DNA of 64,000 nt, taken from assembly GCA_048128005.1 (NCBI GenBank), contig JBEUKZ010000010.1, positions 62,001 to 126,000 of the forward strand, written 5' to 3'. The notes beneath the pieces are model-generated. The model did not search any database, was not told the DNA's origin, and was given only the letters and a program-made list of their open reading frames with translations. This DNA is from Veleropilina oligotropha. Its lineage: Eukaryota. Positions 39,201-51,200 of this stretch are shown in pieces. The stretch's first letter is position 1, and each line of letters opens with the position of its first letter. The position numbers and the translations under genes are program-made.

Positions 39201-42200
39201 TGAAAGCATATCAATTTTTGGCAACTTTAAATCTTGAGTCTAATCTCTGGGGGCATAGATGCTGTTTTAAAATAATATGGCGTGGGACAATCGCTACTTA
39301 GTATTCAACACCTTACTGTTATACAGTATATAGCTTCAATATAATTATTACGTGTGTAGGGTGTAAATATTACGTATGGTAAAACAATGCACATGAGAAG
39401 TATTTAACTGATAGCCTGTATCTGTATTTACCTTTGTTTCTTTGTGTGTCTTCATAGGTTATTACAAGGTTCTGATGAAGGTAGTCCCCAGTTTGCTCAG
39501 ATCTTCACCATTTACTGGGCGGGTGCAGTCGCAGTCACGCTAAACATTAAACTCCTGGGAGGAAATATGTGAGTCGCCTAGTTGTTTTCGGTACATATTT
39601 CACGAAGCATGAATCAATGTTTCGTCGAGATGTAGCCATTGCCAAATCACACAGAATGTACTGGTTCCCATCAGGTTGCCAAATCACATAGAATGTACTG
39701 GTTCCCATCAGGTTGCCAAATCACATAGAATGTACTGGTTCCCATCAGGTTGCCAAATCACATAGAATGTACTGGTTCCCATCAGGTTGGCGAATCACAT
39801 AGAATGTACTGGTTCCCATCAGGTTGCCGAATCACATAGAATGTACTGGTTCCCATCAGGTTGCCAAATCACATAGAATGTACTGGTTCCCATCAGGTTG
39901 ACGAATCACATAGAATGTACTGGTTCCCATCAGGTTGCCGAATCACATAGAATGTACTGGTTCCCATCAGGTTGCCAAATCACATAGAATGTACTGGTTC
40001 CCATCAGGTTGACGAATCACATAGAATGTACTGGTTCCCATCAGGTTGACGAATCACATAGAATGTACTGGTTCCCATCAGGTTGACGAATCACATAGAA
40101 TGTACTGGTTCCCATCAGGTTGCCAAATCACATAGAATGTACTGGTTCCCATCAGGTTGGCGAATCACATAGAATGTACTGGTTCCCATCAGGTTGCCAA
40201 ATCACATAGAATGTACTGGTTCCCATCAGGTTGACGAATCACATAGAATGTACTGGTTCCCATCAGGTTGACGAATCACATAGAATGTACTGGTTCCCAT
40301 CAGGTTGACGAATCACATAGAATGTACTGGTTCCCATCAGGTTGACGAATCACATAGAATGTACTGGTTCCCATCAGGTTGACGAATCACATAGAATGTA
40401 CTGGTTCCCATCAGGTTGCCAAATCACATAGAATGTACTGGTTCCCATCAGGTTGGCGAATCACATAGAATGTACTGGTTCCCATCAGGTTGCCAAATCA
40501 CATAGAATGTACTGGTTCCCATCAGGTTGACGAATCACATAGAATGTACTGGTTCCCATCAGGTTGGCGAATCACATAGAATGTACTGGTTCCCATCAGG
40601 TTGACGAATCACATAGAATGTACTGGTTCCCATCAGGTTGCCAAATCACATAGAATGCACTGGTTCCCATCAGGTTGACGAATCACATAGAATGTACTGG
40701 TTCCCATCAGGTTGACGAATCACATAGAATGTACTGGTTCCCATCAGGTTGACGAATCACATAGAATGTACTGGTTCCCATCAGGTTGACGAATCACATA
40801 GAATGTACTGGTTCCCATCAGGTTGCCAAATCACATAGAATGTACTGGTTCCCATCAGGTTGGCGAATCACATAGAATGTACTGGTTCCCATCAGGTTGC
40901 CAAATCACATAGAATGTACTGGTTCCCATCAGGTTGACGAATCACATAGAATGTACTGGTTCCCATCAGGTTGACGAATCACATAGAATGTACTGGTTCC
41001 CATCAGGTTGACGAATCACATAGAATGTACTGGTTCCCATCAGGTTGACGAATCACATAGAATGTACTGGTTCCCATCAGGTTGACGAATCACATAGAAT
41101 GTACTGGTTCCCATCAGGTTGCCAAATCACATAGAATGTACTGGTTCCCATCAGGTTGGCGAATCACATAGAATGTACTGGTTCCCATCAGGTTGCCAAA
41201 TCACATAGAATGTACTGGTTCCCATCAGGTTGACGAATCACATAGAATGTACTGGTTCCCATCAGGTTGGCGAATCACATAGAATGTACTGGTTCCCATC
41301 AGGTTGACGAATCACATAGAATGTACTGGTTCCCATCAGGTTGCCAAATCACATAGAATGCACTGGTTCCCATCAGGTTGACGAATCACATAGAATGTAC
41401 TGGTTCCCATCAGGTTGCCAAATCACATAGAATGCACTGGTTCCCATCAGGTTGACGAATCACATAGAATGTACTGGTTCCCATCAGGTTGCCAAATCAC
41501 ATAGAATGTACTGGTTCCCATCAGGTTGGTGAATCACATAGAATGTACTGGTTCCCATCAGGTTGGCGAATCACAGAATGTACTGGTTCCCATCAGGTTG
41601 CCAAATCACATAGAATGTACTGGTTCCCATCAGGTTGGCGAATCACATAGAATGTACTGGTTCCCATCAGGTTGGCGAATCACATAGAATGTACTGGTTC
41701 CCATCAGGTTGGCGAATTTCATTGCTTGGACAAGGGACTATGGCAATATCAATTTTCATTGGATTCTGATGACAAAACTCATCTGATCGGATAGAGTCGG
41801 GTGATATGTTATGTCTTGGATCGATTTTTAATGTCCCATTTGTAGCAACATTCCTGTTTATACCAGGAAATGTCTATATTATTAAAGAAGGAAAGCCTGG
41901 TTGACCGAGAAAACTCGTCATATCCAATCATGGATAACTATAATGACTGTTAACTGAACGAAAAGCACCCCACTGATAGGCAACAACATGAAGTCTACAT
42001 TTGTATTCATACCAAAATAAACTAGTTTAAAACTGTTAGTTGTCACATAATATTAGTAAACTATATAATGCTTGAAATTTTAATTTTCTCTTTCCGCGCA
42101 GCTCATTTTTCCAGAGCGTGTGCGTCCTGGGGTACTGCGTGTTCCCGCTGACAGTGTCGCTCTCGATATGCAGGCTGATTCTTATCGCAGAACAAACCAC

Positions 42201-45200
42201 GGCGCTGTTTGCCATCAGATTCGGAGTCGTTGTGTTGGGTTTCGGTTGGTCTACGTTTGGTACGTTTAACAGTTTTATTACCTGGGATTTAAAGTATTAG
42301 TTCTTAAACATTGACGTCAGCGATCTCTACCCGAATGCTGGATGATATAAATCCAAACATATGTTATTGTTTGGATCAATACCTGAGTATACCAGGACAT
42401 ATTACCATGAAAGGAAAGCTCTGTCGCCTGGGAAAGTCTGCCATGTTTGGTCTACTGTGATGTCAGTTGAGCAAAGGGACCTGTCAAGGATTCAATCCCG
42501 GTCAGAGTAGTCGGACCACACTTGAAGGTTTGAGATGTACTCGACCAACCAGACTAGAAACACAATTATGCAATAAGTTATATCCCATAATGCATTTCAT
42601 ACGGTTATCCAGGTTCAAACAAATGCATAGGTGAATACACCTGGAGAAGTTGTTACAATTTATAATGGAGGAGGTCAACAGAAGAACACATTCATTAAGC
42701 ACATAAGCCCAGGGGTCACGCTACAGGGCGAAGAAGTCGCCCTGAAATGTCCGACTTCGCTTAGGTTCGTCCAAAAAGCGAAGTCCACTTCACCTTGATG
42801 TCGCCTATGATTTATCGCTAATAAAATAGTCACACATCATCATGAAGCAAGCACAAATAGATAAATTTATTTATGTACCAAATAATATTTAATTATAGAG
42901 AATTATTTAAACTCGCATTCATAGAATATTAAAATCTAACGCTATCATACGTATCATGGAGAACACTTTTTCATACGAATATGGATATGTTACTGTCTGG
43001 CTAATTACATCTTTATTCACAAAACAAAGACATACTGATGAATGGCGTGACACGTTCTACGTTGTCGGTAACCCCACTGTGAATTTTCCGTAATACAGCG
43101 TATTATTTGCGGCCAAAGAATCGACCGACACATGGTAGACAAAGCCGCTATTGTTCCTACGGGGTGTACAAAAATCTAATCACGGTTGTTCACGATTGCG
43201 CTTCGGCTGTTTCCGTGATTATAACAAGCATTGCAAATTAGTTTTCAGCAATTAATTTTGCGGTAACAATGAAAATACTGTCGTTTTTTTTTCAAAGTTA
43301 ACAATTGTATTTTTTTACAATGAATGCGTGTCAGATAACGATATATACGGGGAAATATACGCTTTATGTTAAAAGTGAAATTTGCAGCCCTATGCCAATA
43401 TCCAATGTAACTAGGCTATGCCAAAAGGGGATTTCCATAAAATATCACCATCTTCAGTATGAAACCAACGATCGATAATGAACATTGCAGAATTTCTCAA
43501 GATGGACCAATCATGTAGAAATTTGATATGTAGTTACAAACATACTTACGTCCTTACTCTTGCCATAATAGTCATATTATCGCCAACCGGAAACAGTGAA
43601 TAATGTCACATTTATGCACTATTAAGCCAAAAACACTACGATTACCTCCCCTGCTCCACCTCTCTAAGTTCCCCCGGCGAGATCTCGCCAAGTCTCGCGA
43701 GATATCCGAGCTCGAGATCACAAGACCTCAATTCAAAGTTTCCGCCATGACGGAAAACCGTGTTTTGTTGCTCCGCAAATATTTCGAAGTCTAACGATTT
43801 ATACGTTAAATCGAAGACGCTAATTCAGCTTATATCATAGTTATAAGTTGTGGAGAGAATATACCCTGTGTTGAGGATATAAAACATCAGTGAATTAGAA
43901 GATTTATCAAAAACTTCGAGGAAGTTGTGTGAAAATCAAGTGAAACCGACATCGCCGCCGTTGCCGAGAAAAGCATGGGCCGCTGAGAGGGGAAGTTTCG
44001 TGTATAGAAGAAATTTCTGGTCGGTATATTTTATCTGATATTGTTTGAGACTGCAGAACAGGTAACTCATTATATTGGATAATTCCTTAACGACGCTTAT
44101 TGCTGGTAATTATTGTAATAAATATTTAGCGTCGTTAAAAGGCAGGATTGTTTAGATATCAACTTTAGTTATTCTGATATCCTGCCGTTACTGGGATAAT
44201 ACGCCACTGTACTAACTTAAAAACATCCACGAGGTTTTCAGGTGTTTTCTTGGGCGGTTTTTTCTAAGAAAGAACCCCCGTTTGTTTAGTCTATAAAGTA
44301 CCGGGTTTTATAAATACCCGGCCTCGGTGTTCCCAGTTCGGGGTTATTTTGCGGTATATCGCCTGATCTTTGATCTTCAGATTAGGGCAATCTAAAAGTT
44401 GTAGTAGTAAAAGTCACAACTACCAAACATATACCTTTTTATCTACCCCGTTCCACCCACTACCACCCTCCCGTGTATCAGCTATGGTCCGGTGCAGTAG
44501 CTCCGGGTGTAACCAAAGAAGATTCACGGAATTTGATACGCACACGGAATGCCGTGTTCACCGTAACTGCAGTAAGTTTATAAATGTGAACTGTGCCTAG
44601 TTTTAACAGAGAGGCAGTGGGCGATCTTATTTCCACCAGGGAAGCCGACCAGAGCGGTTACCACGGTGGGTTCTCCCCCGGAGAAGGGACAAAATGGTAG
44701 GTTAAAGGGAATTAACGTTTTTTTGTCTACTTCAGGGACGCTGGACGACAGCCGACCAAATAAACCGTCTGTCGCCGGATCTACCGGAGAAACCTCCGCG
44801 ACTCATGGGGGAGTCGCTGAAACCTTGCCGGGACCCCAGATTCAGGTAGGAGAATAAAAGCCCGAGTGCAACCATACCTTGCCGGCTAGCAAGGTATATC
44901 TGGCAGTGCGGCGAACCGCTGAACAGGGCAGACAATCCCCTTCCTATTCTTCGGCCTCGAAGAATACGGGGAACGTTAGTCCTTCTGCGGGAAACTCTCC
45001 GTTTAACGACGGAGAGCAACCCAATGAGAAAGCCTTTAAAGAGGCCGGACACCATTACGATGGTCTAAGATCCGGACAATTGGCGACGCCTGAAACCTCG
45101 TCCGAGACCGACGCGACTAACCCTCGGGTTTTTCCGCTCAACCTCGGAGCTCACGACTGTTTCAGAGGGCCCGTTATCTCCCGTGCACCCCCCGTGGTCA

Positions 45201-48200
45201 CGCTAGATAACGTGGACAGACCGGCTGCGTTCGGGCAGAGGTATTACGGTGACCCGACCGTGCCTCGCTCGAACAGAGTGGTAGACCAGTACGGACTGTG
45301 GCCGCAGTCCTACAGGTCGCTCGGCCCACTGAATGCGCCTTCGGGCCATTCTTTCGGGTACGACCGCTCGACGGGTGACCCGAGACCCTGGTTCTCGGTT
45401 CCACCTGTCCGTGCAGCCCGTCTACCTTGCGCCACCGTGACCTCGACAGAACTACCGGCTGTTAGTTCAACGCCCGTCATGCCTCCGGGTTTCTCATACG
45501 AGAACGTCCAGGCTTTGATCGCGGCGGAGTTCGAGTCTCGATGTAAGGCCTGGCAACCGGCTCCCGAGCCGCCCCAGTTCCCTACACCTCTGCCCGTGGC
45601 GCAGAGCACGGCTCCTGCCACCGTGATGGAGATCGACCCTCGTTCCGACGAGGACCTCGACTCTACTCACTCCGACCTCCCTGAATCGGTCGGGCCCGAA
45701 GACGGTAGTCTTTCAGGCACGCAGGAGCCGACCTCCACCACCCGCCGAAGGCTAGACGCCGTTGCGTCACTTCGCGGGGTGCTTGGCTTGCCGGAACCAA
45801 CTCGGTCGGACGTAGGCTCGGTCAAGCACAGGACGGCGGCACATCGGTTTGTTGCGAAGGAAGCCCCCTTGCTTCCTTCCTTACCTCAGTCTGGGCTTGT
45901 TGATCTGGTGGTAGACTCGACAACGAAGCTCATTCAGGGGCGCAATCCGGTGGAGTCCTCCCCATTGACGGAGTTCCCTTCGGGGTTCCGTAGTGGGAGG
46001 TACTTCCGGGCCAGTTCGCGTTCGATCCCGTTCGCATGTACTGGCCCGTGCCTGGCGACTGAGCGGCTCGTGTTGACGCAGCGATGCGTCGACTGACCGC
46101 CAGTCACACTCCCTCTGTAGCGAAAGTTCCTTGGTCCGCCTTGGAAGCTTTCGAGAGCTCCGCCCGACGGGCTCTGCGGCTGTCGTCCGTTCCGGAGTTT
46201 TTCCTAGACGGGGCGATAGCCGTATTACAGGAGGACGGACCCGGCGCCCGTGGGCAGCCCTGTCCTTCCTCCAGGAGGTTGCTGCCGTTATGGAGACCAG
46301 CGCGTTGGAGACGGGACGTGTCCTGGGTAACGCACTCCTACTTCGTAGGGACGCTTACCTTGAAGGCACCTCGCTAGATGAGGCCACCCGGCGCTCATTG
46401 CGATGCGTGCCTTGCTCGGCCCCCACTCTATTTGGCGACAATTTCTCGGAATTCGTCGACAAGAGAGCGGCGGACCTGATGGACCGTGCCATCGAGAAGG
46501 CGATGCTGCACCCCCCCGGGGGTCCACCCGCCGACTCGAGGAAGCGTTCAGGGCCCACCCGGACCCCGAAGCCTTCCAAGCGTGCAAGGCCCTCTTCTGG
46601 TGGTAGGCCCCGGCCAATAAACCCACTCAGAAGAGGCAAGCACCTCCAACAAAATCCCGTCAGAGCGGGAGAGGGAAGCCTCGGCCCTAGGGCTGCCGGC
46701 ACACACGACGATCCCAGCTGCCCGCTTCCGCCGGTGGAAGCGTGTTAGCATACAGCCAGCCGTGGCTAGAACTAACAGACAGCAGCTGGGTCCACTCAGT
46801 CGTGAGTGCCGGATACAAGTTGGTATTCAACCGGCATCCGACCCTAACCGAGGCACCACCACCAAGCCGCGCTCGCCCTCTGCAAGGCGAGAAACAAGCG
46901 GTCTTAGACCAGGCAGTGCGGGACTTACTCCTCAAAGGAGCGATATATCCCGCGCCGCCCAGCACACCAGGATTTACAGCCATTTCTTCCTGGTCCCGAG
47001 ACCCGATGGCCGCTGGCGACCGATCCTCGATCTCTCGTATGTCAACTGATATCTTCGCACCGAGAAATTCCAGCAAGAAACCCTCTCGAAGATACGAGCG
47101 GCCATCCGTCCGGGCGACTGGGCAGAGTCTACCGATCTGACCGACGCGTATCTGCATGTCCCGATGCATATCACGGCTCATCAGTACCTTCGGTTTATAC
47201 ACGGGGAGACGATCTACCATTCAGGTGCCTACCGTTCGGTCTATCGTCAGCCCCGTACGTCTTCACGAGAACAGTACAGGCCCTTGGAGCCTTCCTATAC
47301 TCTCTAGGGCACAGGGTATATATGTACCTCGACGACTGGCTGATCCTCGGGGCGTCCCGGGATCTGTGCCACCGGTCTACGAGCTTTACCCTGTCATCGA
47401 CGAAGCGACTGGGATTTCAGTCAACAAGACAAAATCCTGCTTCGTACCCTCCAAGACGTTTACGTTTCTCGGAGTCGACTTCGATACGGTCCGGTACACC
47501 GCGAAACCGACCCAGAAACGTATACGGAACCTACGCGCGGTTATTCAAGACACCCTGGGAGATAACTACGGCGCGACTACTGGCCACTGTCCTGGGGCAC
47601 ATCGAGTCGGTAGCGACCCTGCTACCGACGGGTCGAGTGGACAAACGACCGTTACAACAGGCGTTCAGAGATCGCTGGATACAACGGACGGGGCAGTGGA
47701 CGGATCGTATCGATCTTCGGCGTTGGTTTACCCGCACGACAGCAGTGGGGTTGAACCATGCTTTGCCGAGCCAGTCGGTTCCTATATCCCCGCCAGAGCC
47801 GAACGCTTACCTGTTCACAGACGCTTCGAACGACGGCTGGGGTGGTCACCTCGACAGTTACGACACATCGGGCCTATGGCCGACGGACCTTCAGGGACGA
47901 CACATCAACTTCCTAGAGTTAGAAGCAGTCTACCTGACAGTACGGTCCCTCTCGTCACATCTCCGACAAGCATATAATGCTCGCCACGGACAGTAGACTG
48001 TCGTCGCATACATTCAACACCAGGGCGGCACTCGCTCGCGTCCCCTTTGCGACCGAGCAATCGACCTACACCGCCTAGTGATGTCCCTCAACTCGACGAT
48101 ACGAGCACGACACATCCCGGGAAAGCTGAATGTCAGAGCGGACTCGCTCTCTCGGAAATCACAGATTAACACACAGAGTGGACGCTACACAGCCGAGTAG

Positions 48201-51200
48201 CTCGGGACGTTTGTCGCCGGTGGTCACAACCCCAAGTCGATCTGTTTGCAACAGAATTTAATTACCGACTACCTCTGTATGTCTCCCCGTACCCGGACCC
48301 GGCCGCCCTAGCGGTCGACGCGTTGTCAATGACTTGGGAGAATCTGTCCGCATATGCCTTCCCCCCGTCGTACATCCTGACACTCGTACTACAAGAAGGC
48401 ATCGAACGAACGTTGCGAGATAACGCTAATCGCGCCCCTGTATCGCACGCAACCTTGGTTTCCGACCCTCCTCGATCTGATCGTCGATCGACCGTTAGCG
48501 CTCCCGCAAAGACCGGACCTGTTAATGCAGACGCGCAGGTGTGTATTACACCCGTCGCCGACGACTTACGTTTACACGCCTGGCGGTTATCGAACGATCC
48601 CTCGCTAAGAAAGGATTTTCTCGCGCTACAGCCCTACGCATCTACCGATCGAGAAGGCTTTCCACGTCTAAAGTTATGACTACCGATGGGTTAAGTACGT
48701 GGATTGGTGTCACAGCCGGCAGGTCAATATTCTCCGCCCCCTGTGAACAAGTTTATCGAGTTTTTATCGTCGCTCTTTGAACGCGGAATGTCAGTGTCCG
48801 CCGTCAAAGGCTATCGGGCAACGGTCGCGAGTGCCGTGCCCGTGTTCGCCTATCTTGCGACCGAGCGATTTTGGATTTTATACGATCCTTCGAACTCAAA
48901 TTCCGACCCGTACGATACGGCCGCCAGCCTGAAACATCGTTCTCATTCTTAACGCTCTCCTGCTACCCGTACGAGCCTATGGGCCCGGTCTCTATGAGGA
49001 ACTTAACGCACAAAACGGATTTTTCTGATCGCCTTAGCGTCGGGCAGGCGTTGTTCCGAAATTCATAGTCTATCCGCAGAGCTACGAGACGTTCGTTTCC
49101 AGTCAGACGGGTCGGTGATGCGGCGTCTATCTTGGGTTTCCTCACCAAGAATCAACGGCCGAACGAAGACGCCCCCGATTTCGTTATCCCCAAGCTTACG
49201 GCGTGGACCGACTACACTGTCATATGCGTGCCTTACGTTACTACCTCGACAGGACCCGTGATATGCGGCAGGGAAAACTACGTCTATTTTATTCGTATTT
49301 ACCTTCTTATACCCGCGACATTACGAAGACGACTGTTTCGCGGTGGTTTTCACATGTAGTGAGAGACTACTCTCGCTGTGAAAAGTAGGCCGCACTATTT
49401 GTATCGGTCCGCGCGCACGAGGTCCATGCATTCGCAACTAAACATCTCAGCGTTGCTTCTAGAAATGTCTTTGTTAAACATTTCCTGCGGGATTACTCCT
49501 TGGGGCTGATGGGTTGAGCAGTCTAACTGCTCAACGATGTATTATTAGACAAAGGTCGTCTAATCAGTGAGTATTGTTTCTTGATTTATCAATTAAATAC
49601 TTCGTGCTGACGCAATGTTATTTGTCATGCCTAGATGTTCTATGAAATAGACACATTATGAGGCGATTCAATGTATGTTCATTTCTTAAAAACATTTTAA
49701 GATCTTGATACTTTCATGTCATACCTGAGTATTTTGACACGCCAGTCCACATTGAATTTAATAAACATTTATATTGCAAAAAATCTTATAGGATTTTGAG
49801 GTTCAATATTATTGATGTTCTATGCTCAGCCTTTATCGAACATACGATGTTCAAGACATTGAAATTTTTTTAATATTTGCTTCCTTAAAATTTATTTTAA
49901 GTAACATGTACTCATGTTAGCTTTTTCGCAAGTTGGTCATGCGAATTACTTATTAATATCGATTATTTAATCTATTAATTCTTTGCTTTGGATTTAATGT
50001 CTTCACAACCTATTAGGTTCCGTGTGACTACAAATCCGACTGCTTCCTCTGGCTACCGGCCTATGGCCCGGAGTACCAGTTGGCTGCCACTGGTCCATGA
50101 CACGTAAGACCTACAAGGATCTTCCTTCCGGCCGTGCCTGGGACCGATTGCACTTCCGTTCACCTTGTCCGGCTAACACCACGGCGTATCTCCCGGTACC
50201 ACTGGTCGAAATTCTCGCCTGGTAAGAGTAGAATATAATACTCAGCAGATTCTACTCTGAGCGGACACAATCGGCGCTTCATGCTGATTGATTTGGTGAA
50301 AAGTAAGTCATAATCTTGTTTGGGTTTGTTGTAAGGAACTTCTTACCCACCTATCCAAGGTCATTCTGGCAAGAGTAAGGACGTAAGTATGTTTGTAACT
50401 ACATATGAGGTTTTTAAGTAAACCTAATATTAGTATAAAACATACTTACGTCCTTACTACGATTACCCACCCTGCGCTTTCGCATTCCTCCCCTCTTACT
50501 AAGTTCCTTTGGGGTTCTGAACTTTGAATTGAGGTCTTGTGATCTCGAGCTCGGATATCTCGCGAGACTTGGCGAGATCTCGCCGGGGGAACTTAGAGAG
50601 GTGGAGCAGGGGAGGTAATCGTAGTGTTTTTGGCTTAATAGTGCATAAATGTGACATTATTCACTGTTTCCGGTTGGCGATAATATGACTATTATGGCAA
50701 GAGTAAGGACGTAAGTATGTTTTATACTAATATTAGGTTTACTTAAAAACCTCATTTTATTCGGATTCTTGATAAATGGAAATCAAGCAAAATATATAAC
50801 ATTTTATTTAATGTAAATTGTCTATTTTTTTATTATTTTGAATTTACATATACATTTTAATAAATTGAATATATAAACAATACATATAAACAAACAGTTG
50901 TAAAAATATATTTAATACACAATGACATTAAAAACAATATCTATATCAAATATACTTACGTCCTTACTAATGCCATAATAAGCCTATTATCGCTAAATCC
51001 GGACAAGGTGGAAATGGTAATTTGCACTTCTTTTAGTAAATTGAACCCAGCTGACCCCCTGACCTGCTCGACCTCCTCCAGTTCATGTCCAGTAAGAGCT
51101 CGCCAACTCCCGCGAGATCTTCTTGACCAAGGGTCAAGACCTCATCCGAAGTTTTCCGCTCGATTGTACAAGTCACGTTTTACTTTGCTCCACAATCTTT

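Noticed and set aside
39639..41717. CRISPR-like array of 37-bp repeats
   Set aside because: Units are contiguous with no unique spacers, there are no cas genes, and it lies in a eukaryotic intron.
49500..50340. Hammerhead ribozyme in the DIRS 3' region
   Set aside because: No CTGANGA..GAAA core with supporting stems found by eye in both copies.
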